From an uncultured bacterium (GTDB lineage Bacteria; Planctomycetota; UBA1135; GCA-002686595): a stretch of 64,000 nt of DNA. Shown one piece after another: positions 56,185-64,000 of the stretch. The stretch lies in NCBI GenBank assembly GCA_943787795.1, contig CALSNU010000002.1, positions 256,001-320,000 on the forward strand. The letters are read 5' to 3'. The position numbers and the translations under genes are program-made. Below the pieces are notes generated by a model. That model was not told the DNA's origin. It saw nothing but the letters and a program-made list of their open reading frames with translations, and searched no databases. Position 1 is the stretch's first letter. Each line of letters starts with the position of its first letter.

Positions 56185-57086
56185 TCGATGTTCTGGACCT
56201 GCTCCCTCATGCGCTCCACGTGGGTCTTGAGGTCCACCACAAGGTGCGCCACGTCGGCGTCATTGCACTTGGAGCCCACCGTATTGGCCTCCCTGAAGAA
56301 CTCCTGAGCCAGGAAGTCGAGCTGCCGGCCGACAGGTCCACCCCCGGACAGGACAGCCCGGAGCTGGCCGAGGTGGCTGTCGAGCCGGGTGATCTCCTCC
56401 GAGATATCCAGCCGATCGGCGAGCAAGGCGACCTCACGGGCGAGGTCCGCCTCCGCGAGGCTCTTGTCGGCCGCGAGCTCGCCGACGCGCTCCACGAGGC
56501 GCGCCCGGTGCCGGGTCGCTGCGCCCGCCATGCGCTCGGAGATCCTGGTCACCAGCGCGGCGATCTCCTCACCCGCGCCGGCCACGTCCGCCCCCATGGC
56601 CTCCCCCTCGGTGGCCCTCATCGCAAGCAAGGCCTCGAGGGCCTCGTCCACCGCCCCCAGCACCGCGCCCGCCTCTTCGCCCGCGAGGTCCAGGCTCTGC
56701 TTCGAGCGATCATGGACCAGGACTCCGGGGAGCCCGAGCATCTCCGTCACCGAGTCGATCGGTCTAAGCTCGGGGTGCCGCTCGGCCAGGGACCTCTGCA
56801 GCTCGCCGTAGCGTTCCACCGCGGAAAGGTCGACGTTGAATGACGGCTGCCCCCCGGTTCGCGCGACCTCGACCCCGACCTGCACTGCGCCCCGATTGAG
56901 CTTGGCGCGGACAGCCTTGTCCACGACGGCCTCGAGGGCTGCATATCCCTGGGGGAGGCGCACCTTCGCCTGAAGGTGCTTGTGGTTGACGGTCCGGACC
57001 TCGACAGAGATCGACAGCTCCGCGCCGTCCGACAGCGTTCGCTCGGCGCGAGCCGCGCCGAATCCGGTCATCGAGAGGAGCGTCAT
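56181..57086 (-). CDS. yicC: YicC/YloC family endoribonuclease
   Basis: SMTGFG, VNHKHL, DISEEITRL, GRQLDFLAQEFFREANTVGSK, REQVQNIE. Confidence 0.95.
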   Translation of the reverse strand: MTLLSMTGFGAARAERTLSDGAELSISVEVRTVNHKHLQAKVRLPQGYAALEAVVDKAVRAKLNRGAVQVGVEVARTGGQPSFNVDLSAVERYGELQRSLAERHPELRPIDSVTEMLGLPGVLVHDRSKQSLDLAGEEAGAVLGAVDEALEALLAMRATEGEAMGADVAGAGEEIAALVTRISERMAGAATRHRARLVERVGELAADKSLAEADLAREVALLADRLDISEEITRLDSHLGQLRAVLSGGGPVGRQLDFLAQEFFREANTVGSKCNDADVAHLVVDLKTHVERMREQVQNIE

Positions 57087-57123
57087 GCGTGCGCCCTCTT
57101 CGGGCAAACGAACCCGCCTGGGC

Positions 57124-57429
57124 TCAGCGGAGTTCCAGCCCGCTGACCTCTTCCACCGAGGTGTAGGGGGCCGCCTCGGAGAGGGAGCTGGTGCTCTGGC
57201 GCTTGTTGTTGAGGACGTGGATCAGCACGGCCGACGCCAGGAACGCGATGGCCACGTAAGCCGTGAAGCGCTGCACGCCTGACGCCTTGACCCCGAAGGC
57301 CTGCTGGCCAGCTGTACCGAGGGCATCCCCGAAGCCGCCGCCCTTGCCCTCTTGGAGGAGGATGACGACGGTCAGGATGATCGCCGCAGCGACGAACAGA
57401 ATGTAGAGGAGGGTGATCGCGAGGGTCAT
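57124..57429 (-). CDS. secG: Preprotein translocase subunit SecG
   Basis: Two TMs around ILLQEGKGGG...AFG; follows tpiA. Confidence 0.93.
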   Translation of the reverse strand: MTLAITLLYILFVAAAIILTVVILLQEGKGGGFGDALGTAGQQAFGVKASGVQRFTAYVAIAFLASAVLIHVLNNKRQSTSSLSEAAPYTSVEEVSGLELR

Positions 57430-57480
57430 CGTTCTAGGGGGGCGTGCCTTGGCGGCGTCCGCAGGGTGTGGCGCCGGGGC

Positions 57481-58230
57481 TCAGCTGGCGGCGTCAATGA
57501 TCGGGAGGAAGAGCTCTGGCCGCAAGGAGGCGCCGCCCACAAGGGCGCCATCAATGTCAGGAACTGCCATGAGCTCCGCGGCGTTGGTGGGCTTGACGCT
57601 GCCTCCGTAGAGGATCCGCATCGCGGCCCCGACCTCGTCACCGAAGGCCCCTGAGAGGACACCTCGGAGGTAGGAGTGGACCGCTCCGGCCTGCTCAGGG
57701 GAGGCCGTCTCGCCCGTCCCGATGGCCCAAACGGGCTCGTAGGCCACGGAAACACGGGCCAAGGCCGCGTGATCGAGGCCCTCCAGGCCCGCGGTGAGCT
57801 GGGCCTGGCAGACCGCCTCGGTGCGCCCGTCACGGCGCTCCTCGATGGTCTCGCCCACGCAGAGCATCACCTCGAGGCCGTCCTCGAGGGCCCGTCGCAC
57901 CTTGCGGGCGATGAACTCATCTGACTCGCCGTAGACGTGACGGCGCTCGGAGTGGCCCACGAGGGCGACCGTGGCCCCGATGTCCTTCAGCATCCGGGCG
58001 GAGACCTCGCCCGTGAAGGCGCCCTCCTGCTCGTCGCTGCAGTTCTGGCCACCGACCCTCACATGGGATCCCGCGGTCGCCCTCGTCACCTCGTCCAGGT
58101 GCACGAGGGCGGGGAAGAGCCCCACGTCCACGCCGCTCACCGCGTGGTCTCGCACGGCGACGGCGAGGTCGCGCGCGGCGCGACGGTCCAGGTTCATCTT
58201 CCAGTTGCCGGCGACGTAGGGAGTTCTCAC
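57481..58230 (-). CDS. tpiA: Triosephosphate isomerase
   Basis: AGNWKMN, GAFTGEVS, GHSERR, AYEPVWAIGTG, YGGSVKP, LVGGASL. Confidence 0.97.
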   Translation of the reverse strand: MRTPYVAGNWKMNLDRRAARDLAVAVRDHAVSGVDVGLFPALVHLDEVTRATAGSHVRVGGQNCSDEQEGAFTGEVSARMLKDIGATVALVGHSERRHVYGESDEFIARKVRRALEDGLEVMLCVGETIEERRDGRTEAVCQAQLTAGLEGLDHAALARVSVAYEPVWAIGTGETASPEQAGAVHSYLRGVLSGAFGDEVGAAMRILYGGSVKPTNAAELMAVPDIDGALVGGASLRPELFLPIIDAAS

Positions 58231-59336
58231 GCGGTGCCTCGTAGGTGGGTCGGGATCTTGGGGAGGGAGGGGTGCTGGGTCTGGTGGTCTCCGGTCAGGA
58301 GCGTCCGCCCGTCCAGCTCGCAAAGGACGCCTGCGTCAGCCACAAGCGCCTCGAGTTCATCAGGGCCAATGGCCTGCTGCCCGTCCGAGAGGGCCGCGGA
58401 GGGGTCCAGATGCACCTCGACCATCAGCCCGTCAGCGCCAGCTGCCATCCCCGCGCGCCCGATCGCACGGACCAGGTCGGAGCGACCCGCGGCGTGGGAG
58501 GGATCAGCGATGATCGGCAGGTGGGTGGCCCCCCGCAGGTGCGCGATGGCGCCCACGTCCAGGAGGTTCCGGGTGACCTGATCGAAGCTCCGAACGCCGC
58601 GTTCACAGAGCACGACGCGCGTGTTTCCCGCGCAGAGCAGGTACTCAGCCGCGTTCAGGAACTCATCGACCGTCGCCCCGAAGCCGCGCTTCAGGAGCAC
58701 CGGCCGGTCCACCGTGCCCAGCTCCTTGAGCAGAGAGGAGTTGGCCATGTTGCGGGCTCCCACCTGCACCATGTCGGCCACCTCGAGCACGGACTCGATC
58801 TCCCTGGGGTCCAAGACCTCGGTCACGATCCCCAGCCCGGTGGACTCTCGCACGTCCTTCAGGTGCTGCAGCCCGCGCTGTCCCAGCCCCTGGAAGGAGT
58901 AGGGCGAGGACCGGGGTTTGAACGCCCCGCCTCGGAGCAGGGTCGCGCCCCGGCTCTGGACGGCACGGGCGATCTCAAGGAGCTCCCCGCCGTCCTCCAC
59001 CGCGCAGGGGCCAGCGATGATGGAGGCGCGCCCACCGCCGAAGACGGCCCCCGCGACCTCCACGACCGTCGAGGGACGGCGCGTCGCCGACCAGAGCGGC
59101 TGCTCGCCCGGCCGGTCCAGCACCTCGATCACACCTGGGAGGACGGTGAAGGCCGACACGACCTGCCCGCGCTCGGGGACCGGGACCCCGGCCGAGACGA
59201 TCTCCAGCAGCTGGGCCCCCTCCAGCAGTTGGGCCCCCGACTCCGGCGCCACAAGGCGGACACCGAGCTGGAGAGCCGCGGCATCGACCCCAGCGCGCTG
59301 GGCGTCGTCGATGGTGCTCTGGAGGTGGAGGTACAT
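58227..59336 (-). CDS. aroF: 3-deoxy-7-phosphoheptulonate (DAHP) synthase, type I-beta
   Basis: IAGPCAVE, RGGAFKPRSSPYSFQGLG, QVGARNM, LLKRG, LCERG, DPSH; N-terminal regulatory extension. Confidence 0.95.
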   Translation of the reverse strand: MYLHLQSTIDDAQRAGVDAAALQLGVRLVAPESGAQLLEGAQLLEIVSAGVPVPERGQVVSAFTVLPGVIEVLDRPGEQPLWSATRRPSTVVEVAGAVFGGGRASIIAGPCAVEDGGELLEIARAVQSRGATLLRGGAFKPRSSPYSFQGLGQRGLQHLKDVRESTGLGIVTEVLDPREIESVLEVADMVQVGARNMANSSLLKELGTVDRPVLLKRGFGATVDEFLNAAEYLLCAGNTRVVLCERGVRSFDQVTRNLLDVGAIAHLRGATHLPIIADPSHAAGRSDLVRAIGRAGMAAGADGLMVEVHLDPSAALSDGQQAIGPDELEALVADAGVLCELDGRTLLTGDHQTQHPSLPKIPTHLRGTA

Positions 59337-59487
59337 GATGGGTCGCGGAGGCGTTATTGCGCGGGGCACGCGGGCGCGCGGGCTCGTTTGGGTCACGCGC
59401 GTTTGGCTCCAGCGAAATAGCGCACCATTATAGGTGCAACGCCCCGCAAGCTCGGGGAGAGGACCGACATAAAGTCGGCCGCGAGAC

Positions 59488-60069
59488 ATGCCCGTTGACG
59501 ACCAGCACGATCCAACGCCTGGGGACACCCTGGAGGCACTCCTCGACCTGGGGTCTTTGGACGCACTCCCGCGCACCGGCTGGCTCCTCCGGGGAGTCCA
59601 ACCCGCGGAGTCGGTGGCCGGACACCTGCTCGGGGTCGCGCACCTGGCGCTCGCCCTCGCGCCCCGCGTCGATTCGCCGCTGGACCTCGGTCGGGTCCTG
59701 GCCATGGCGGTGCTCCACGATGCAGCCGAGGCACGCAGCGGTGACATTCCAGGCCCTGCTGGGTCCAGGCTCGCGCCCGGCCAGAAGCGGGCGCTCGAGT
59801 CGAGCCTCGCGGATGACCTCTTGACCCCGCTCTCTGCCACCGCAAGGGACGCCTTCGAGGAGTTCCAGGCCCAGGAGACCCCGGAGGCGCGCTTCATCAA
59901 GGCCTGCGACCGCCTCCAACTCGGGGTCCGACTGGTGGGCTACGAGCGGGCAGGGTGGCGTGGCCTCGACGAATTCTGGGACGGCCTCGACCCCGAGCTC
60001 TTCGCGGAGTTTGCGCCCTGCAGTGGACTCTGCGCCGAGCTCCTCAGCTCGAGACCGGGTGGATCTTGA
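59488..60069 (+). CDS. HD-domain phosphohydrolase (YfbR/HDDC2-like 5'-deoxynucleotidase)
   Basis: PRTGW, ESVAGH, LHDAAEARSGDI, EARFIKACDRL. Confidence 0.9.
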   Translation: MPVDDQHDPTPGDTLEALLDLGSLDALPRTGWLLRGVQPAESVAGHLLGVAHLALALAPRVDSPLDLGRVLAMAVLHDAAEARSGDIPGPAGSRLAPGQKRALESSLADDLLTPLSATARDAFEEFQAQETPEARFIKACDRLQLGVRLVGYERAGWRGLDEFWDGLDPELFAEFAPCSGLCAELLSSRPGGS

Positions 60070-61127
60070 GACGGCCGCGGATCCTCTCTGTCGTCCCGCT
60101 GGCCGCCCTGACCGTGGTCCTGGGCGTACTGGCTGCCGCGGTCCTCACGGACCCGCCCCTCGACTTCCCATTTTCCGAGCCGCCGCCCGGAGCGCCCATC
60201 CCGTCCGTCGACCTCTCCCTGGGAGACCTGACGCTCACCGGTCGAGTGATAAGTCCTGACGGCGCCCCGGTGGACGGCGCAGGAGTGTCCTTGAAGGAGG
60301 GAATCCGCCCGGTATGGACCTGGACCTCGTCGGACGGGTCCTTCGCCCTGACCGAACTCGACGCCGGCCCCAAGCGCATCCTGGTGACCGCCCTGGGGCT
60401 CCAGGCCACGGCCTTTGACGTCGAACTGGGCCCAGGGACCGCGGATACGGTGGAGCTGAAGCTGGAACGGAAGATCATCGCGCCGGAGGTGTCTGAGGGC
60501 CTCTCCCTCCAGGACCTCCGCGGAAGGATCGACCTCGGCCCGCTCGCGAGCACGGAGGCCGGCTTCGAGGTGCTCTTCCAACCGCTCCTCTCGCCGCTCG
60601 AGCTCGATGGCGGCTTCCCACGACGCGTGGCTGTGGACCGCGCGGGTCGCTTCGAGGCTCCGCTGCTCCAGGAAGGCGGCTACCGGATCATCCTGCTCTC
60701 TCCCGACAATCGAGGAGCCGACGGCCCGGACCTGCTCTCCACCGGAGCCCAGGACGTGATCACCGTCCAGCACGGAGCTGATGGCGAGACGGGCGAGCTT
60801 GAGCTCACTTCCAAGGCCGGCATGCTGCGTGGCACCGTGACCGCGCCATCGACCGAGACGGGCGGGACCGACCGGCCCGTTCGGGGCGCGCTGGTCCGGG
60901 CCGAACCGTTGACCGTGGATCCGGCCGAGCCGCGCAGGGGGACGTTGCTCCTGGAAGCCGATGACTTCAGGGCCACCCGAACCGACCCCGAGGGGCGCTT
61001 CGTCCTGCGCGACCTGCGCCCCGGCCGCTATCGGGTGACGGTGGTGGCTGGCAGGGCTCGCCGCCAGACCGATGTCCTCGTGCCGGCAGGAGGAGCCGTC
61101 GACGTCCAGTTCGACACGACACGATGA
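60066..61127 (+). CDS. Exported protein with carboxypeptidase-regulatory-like (transthyretin-fold) beta-sandwich domains
   Basis: N-terminal TM; LTGRVISPDGAPVDGAGV, TSSDGSF, PVRGALV, TDPEGRFVLRDLRPGRYRV. Confidence 0.75.
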   Translation: MRRPRILSVVPLAALTVVLGVLAAAVLTDPPLDFPFSEPPPGAPIPSVDLSLGDLTLTGRVISPDGAPVDGAGVSLKEGIRPVWTWTSSDGSFALTELDAGPKRILVTALGLQATAFDVELGPGTADTVELKLERKIIAPEVSEGLSLQDLRGRIDLGPLASTEAGFEVLFQPLLSPLELDGGFPRRVAVDRAGRFEAPLLQEGGYRIILLSPDNRGADGPDLLSTGAQDVITVQHGADGETGELELTSKAGMLRGTVTAPSTETGGTDRPVRGALVRAEPLTVDPAEPRRGTLLLEADDFRATRTDPEGRFVLRDLRPGRYRVTVVAGRARRQTDVLVPAGGAVDVQFDTTR

Positions 61128-63133
61128 ACCGCATCACAGCGATCCTGCTGGCCTTTGCCACCCTGCTGACCCACGTGCTCGTCGTGCACCGTGACCTCAG
61201 CGGAGAATTCGGGCCGCCGTACGATTCCGCATACGTGGCGTTCCGGCTGGCCCTCAACTTGGTCACCGAGGGGGACTTCGCATGGTGGCGCGACCCAACC
61301 ACCGGGGAGACCTTTGGCGGACTCTGGTCCTACCCGTCCCCGATCCTGGTCTTCGTCTCATCAGCCTTCGAGTGGCTACGCATCCCTGTCGCTCGCGGGG
61401 TACAGGTCACCGGAATCCTCTCCGTCATCGCCACCATCTGGCTCTGTACCCGCTTCGACCGGACGAGGATCCTCAGCGTGGTACCTGCAGTCCTCCTGGT
61501 CTCCTGCGGCGCGGTCGCCGCCGCCGGCGGTAGCGGGACCGAGTGGCCCATCGTGATGACCCTGGGCACCGCCGCGTTCATCGCCCTTGAGAGAGGACGA
61601 CCTCTCACTGCCGCGGTATCGCTCGCCCTGCTGATCGTCTCCACCCCGGCGGCCGTCCTGCTGATCATCGCACTCCTCGTGCAGACGCTGCTTCGAGGCG
61701 AGGTCTTCGGATCCACCGCTCGGGCGCAGCGAGTGCTCTACTTCTTGCCCGCGGTGGCGACGCTCGGCCTCGTCGAGCTGGCCGGTGGCTCCCTGCTCGC
61801 CGATGTCGCGAGGCTCCTCTCCTGGCAAGAGGCCGATGCTGCAATTGGCCTCGCCCACCTGAGGGACTTCTGCGTTGCGACGATCTCACCTCTCCTCCTG
61901 ATCTACCCCCTGTTCGCCCTCTGCATGGGTGACCTGTCCCCGGTCGGGCGGCGAGCGCTCGCGCTTGTCGGTGTCTGGTGTGCGGCGACGGTCATGGCCG
62001 GAGGCGGGCTAGAGACATACGACCTCGGATTTATACCTGCGCTGCCGTTTGCGTTCATCGCGATCCAGGAGGGTCTCCGGCGAGCCCTTGACACGCACAA
62101 GCCGAACGTCGAGCGACTCGCGTGGGTCTCCATCCTCGCCGCCAGCCTGGGATCCCTCGCCGTCAACCGATTCCCCGGTGAGCCGTCGAAGTCGGGTGAG
62201 CCGACGGTGATCGAACGACTGCTCAAGTCCACCGCGACCCGCTGGCCGGTCCCCCACCCAACGCTCGGCAGGCCGAGCCTCCACCAGGAGATCCGGAGCA
62301 CGAATCGCCTCCGGCAGATTGGTCAATTTCTGGGCGAGCGCCTCCCTGAAGACACGACCCTGCTCAGTCCCTGGCCGGGAGCCCTTGGATACGTCGGGCG
62401 CTACCGGGTCATTGACCTGCTTGGGCGGACCGACGCCCTACCTGGCTATCCACCGGCCCCATGGTCCCCGTCTCCACCTGCAGCTCGCATCACAGCAGCG
62501 CTCGGCGAAGCGCCCGACTACATCCTCCCCTGGCTCAGTGGCTTCAGGGTGGAGGTCACGGACGGAGACCACCCACGGCTCCGTCCGAGCATTCTTCGCC
62601 TCGATCCCGACGACAGCCCCTCCTACCGCGCCGAGATTGACGCGCTCATGGGAGCCTATGAGCCCCTGGTCACGGCGGGAAGGCAAGGGCCGAAGCAGCA
62701 GGCGACCGCACCGCTCCTTCTCCTGCGCCGCCGGGGCCTATTCAGTGTTCCGGCCATTGAACTCCGGATCCGGCAGGGTGACATCCTCGAGTTCGTCGCG
62801 AGCTTCGGGGCCCCAGGGCCTGGAGAGCAGGCCTCCAGTCTTCCGCAGGTCTTCGATACGGTCATCACCGCCATCCGAGCCGACGGTTCCCGTTCGCTCC
62901 TGGATCCTATGGGCCGGGATCGCGGCTCGCTCGGCGACGGGCCCCTGACCATGAGCAGCCTGGTCATTGATCCCCGCTGGCCGGACGAGGTCTCGCTGCT
63001 GCGCATGTCCCTCGCGGAGCTGCGGTCGATGTCCGCCGTCCGCCGTATCGAGGTGCGGCTGATCCATCATCGGCTGCCCGCCCGCTCATCGATCTCGAAC
63101 GCAGCAGAGCCGTTCATGTACGAGATCCCCTGA
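61124..63133 (+). CDS. Multi-pass membrane protein, GT-C/arabinofuranosyltransferase-like
   Basis: DSAYVAFRLALNLVTEG...YPSP, GSGTE, GALGY...VIDLLG, PDYI resemble the DDAYISFRY-type GT-C family. Confidence 0.65.
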   Translation: MNRITAILLAFATLLTHVLVVHRDLSGEFGPPYDSAYVAFRLALNLVTEGDFAWWRDPTTGETFGGLWSYPSPILVFVSSAFEWLRIPVARGVQVTGILSVIATIWLCTRFDRTRILSVVPAVLLVSCGAVAAAGGSGTEWPIVMTLGTAAFIALERGRPLTAAVSLALLIVSTPAAVLLIIALLVQTLLRGEVFGSTARAQRVLYFLPAVATLGLVELAGGSLLADVARLLSWQEADAAIGLAHLRDFCVATISPLLLIYPLFALCMGDLSPVGRRALALVGVWCAATVMAGGGLETYDLGFIPALPFAFIAIQEGLRRALDTHKPNVERLAWVSILAASLGSLAVNRFPGEPSKSGEPTVIERLLKSTATRWPVPHPTLGRPSLHQEIRSTNRLRQIGQFLGERLPEDTTLLSPWPGALGYVGRYRVIDLLGRTDALPGYPPAPWSPSPPAARITAALGEAPDYILPWLSGFRVEVTDGDHPRLRPSILRLDPDDSPSYRAEIDALMGAYEPLVTAGRQGPKQQATAPLLLLRRRGLFSVPAIELRIRQGDILEFVASFGAPGPGEQASSLPQVFDTVITAIRADGSRSLLDPMGRDRGSLGDGPLTMSSLVIDPRWPDEVSLLRMSLAELRSMSAVRRIEVRLIHHRLPARSSISNAAEPFMYEIP

Positions 63134-63191
63134 GCACCCCCTCCTCCTCGCTTTCCTGCGGGAGCGAGGAGCGCTGCAATAGGATAGGGAG

Positions 63192-64000
63192 GTGGAACCT
63201 GCTGTTTGGAGAGCGCTCGCGCCGCTGGCGCCCGGCTGCGTCGACCGTTGGGGCGAGCTCGCGGATCCAGCGCCTTCCCTGGGCGCCCTCGACCGTATTC
63301 GGGCGACCCGAGGACCAGCCGTGGCCCGCTTTGTCTCTCTCCAGGCAGAGCTAGCGAGGCAGCACCGAGGCCGGCTCGATGGGGCTGCGCTGCCCTTCTT
63401 GACCTCGAAGGGCGCCGAGCAGGCCACGGCGACCGCCGTCGCGCGGCATCGCGCGGAGCGCTTCGCCCGCGCCGGTTTGGATCGGATTCCCTGGGACGCG
63501 TGCTGCGGCGTGGGCTCGGATCTGCTGGCCCTCGCCGAGCGCTTCGACCGGGTCCTCGCCACGGACCTCGACCCTGACACCCTCCGCTGCGCGGCGGCGA
63601 ACCTCGCCTGCACGCAGGATCGCCGGCCTCGAGACCATGGGTTGAGCACTGGCGCGAGCTGGCTCGCGGCCATCGGAGACGCCGTCACTCCTCCCTTTCT
63701 CCCCACGGTCGAGGCTCAGGTCCTCGGTCTCTTCGACCCCGATCGCCGTCCCGCAGGATCGCGAGAGGGCCGTGCAGATCGCTGGAGCCCCGCTCTCGAC
63801 ACCGTGTTTCAGGCCGCAGCCAACCTGGGGGGCGCATGCGTCAAGCTCCCCCCGTCACTGGAGGAGTCCAACCTCTCTCGTGCCGCCGGAGACCTCTCCC
63901 TCGCCCTCTCATGGACATCCCTGGACGGTGAGATGAAGGAGCTGAGCGCATGGTCCGGAGTCCTGTGCGCCGACGCTCCCAGGAGGGAGGCCGTCTCGCT
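63192..64000 (+). CDS. Class I SAM-dependent methyltransferase (THUMP-like family), 3' truncated by window edge
   Basis: Not in ORF track (no stop in window); frame from GTG 63192 reads AEQATATAVARHRAERF...DACCGVGSDLLAL...DLDP...AAANL...FDPDRR...VKLPP. Confidence 0.8.
   Translation, partial: MEPAVWRALAPLAPGCVDRWGELADPAPSLGALDRIRATRGPAVARFVSLQAELARQHRGRLDGAALPFLTSKGAEQATATAVARHRAERFARAGLDRIPWDACCGVGSDLLALAERFDRVLATDLDPDTLRCAAANLACTQDRRPRDHGLSTGASWLAAIGDAVTPPFLPTVEAQVLGLFDPDRRPAGSREGRADRWSPALDTVFQAAANLGGACVKLPPSLEESNLSRAAGDLSLALSWTSLDGEMKELSAWSGVLCADAPRREAVS

Noticed and set aside
59426..59431. TATAAT on the minus strand upstream of aroF
   Set aside because: Plausible -10 box but no -35 at 16-18 bp and no extended TG; too weak to call
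61124..63133. Horizontal transfer suggested by more A/T-ending codons
   Set aside because: Spot checks gave GC similar to other membrane-protein genes here; no mobility signatures; a codon-usage calculation is needed

Overview
High-GC (about 70%, estimated by eye), gene-dense bacterial chromosomal segment. Gene content and style suggest Planctomycetota or a related PVC lineage: many lipoprotein sulfatase-like genes, split coaC/coaB, split transketolase. This assignment is an inference. Housekeeping genes include meaB, carA, larB, tsaD, transketolase, arfB, tRNA-Phe(GAA), ribF, def, rpsT, selO, priA, pgpA, pgsA, rimO, ftsK, coaB, coaC, gmk, yicC, secG, tpiA and aroF, mixed with cell-envelope genes. 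No integrase, transposase, prophage or CRISPR array was seen. The most notable observations are: (1) Directly behind ftsK lies a second, motor-less FtsK-like gene (TM anchor, long acidic linker, gamma domain). Its DNA-recognition helix is charge-reversed, and it shares an identical 34-bp linker motif (EYEYVDEDGNP) with ftsK. (2) A near-perfect 1.23-kb direct repeat encodes two identical porins with different upstream regions, flanking a small lipoprotein gene. (3) Several lipoprotein sulfatase-like enzymes carry Thr instead of the Cys/Ser formylglycine precursor and share an xxLGY tail; they lie near an arylsulfotransferase-like gene and a TMTC-like GT-C gene. (4) A probable sigma54-driven secreted EF-hand protein carries a 93-bp tandem repeat. 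(5) A PP2C-like protein and an SDR have degenerate catalytic motifs. All product calls come from motif recognition by eye; no database searches were run.
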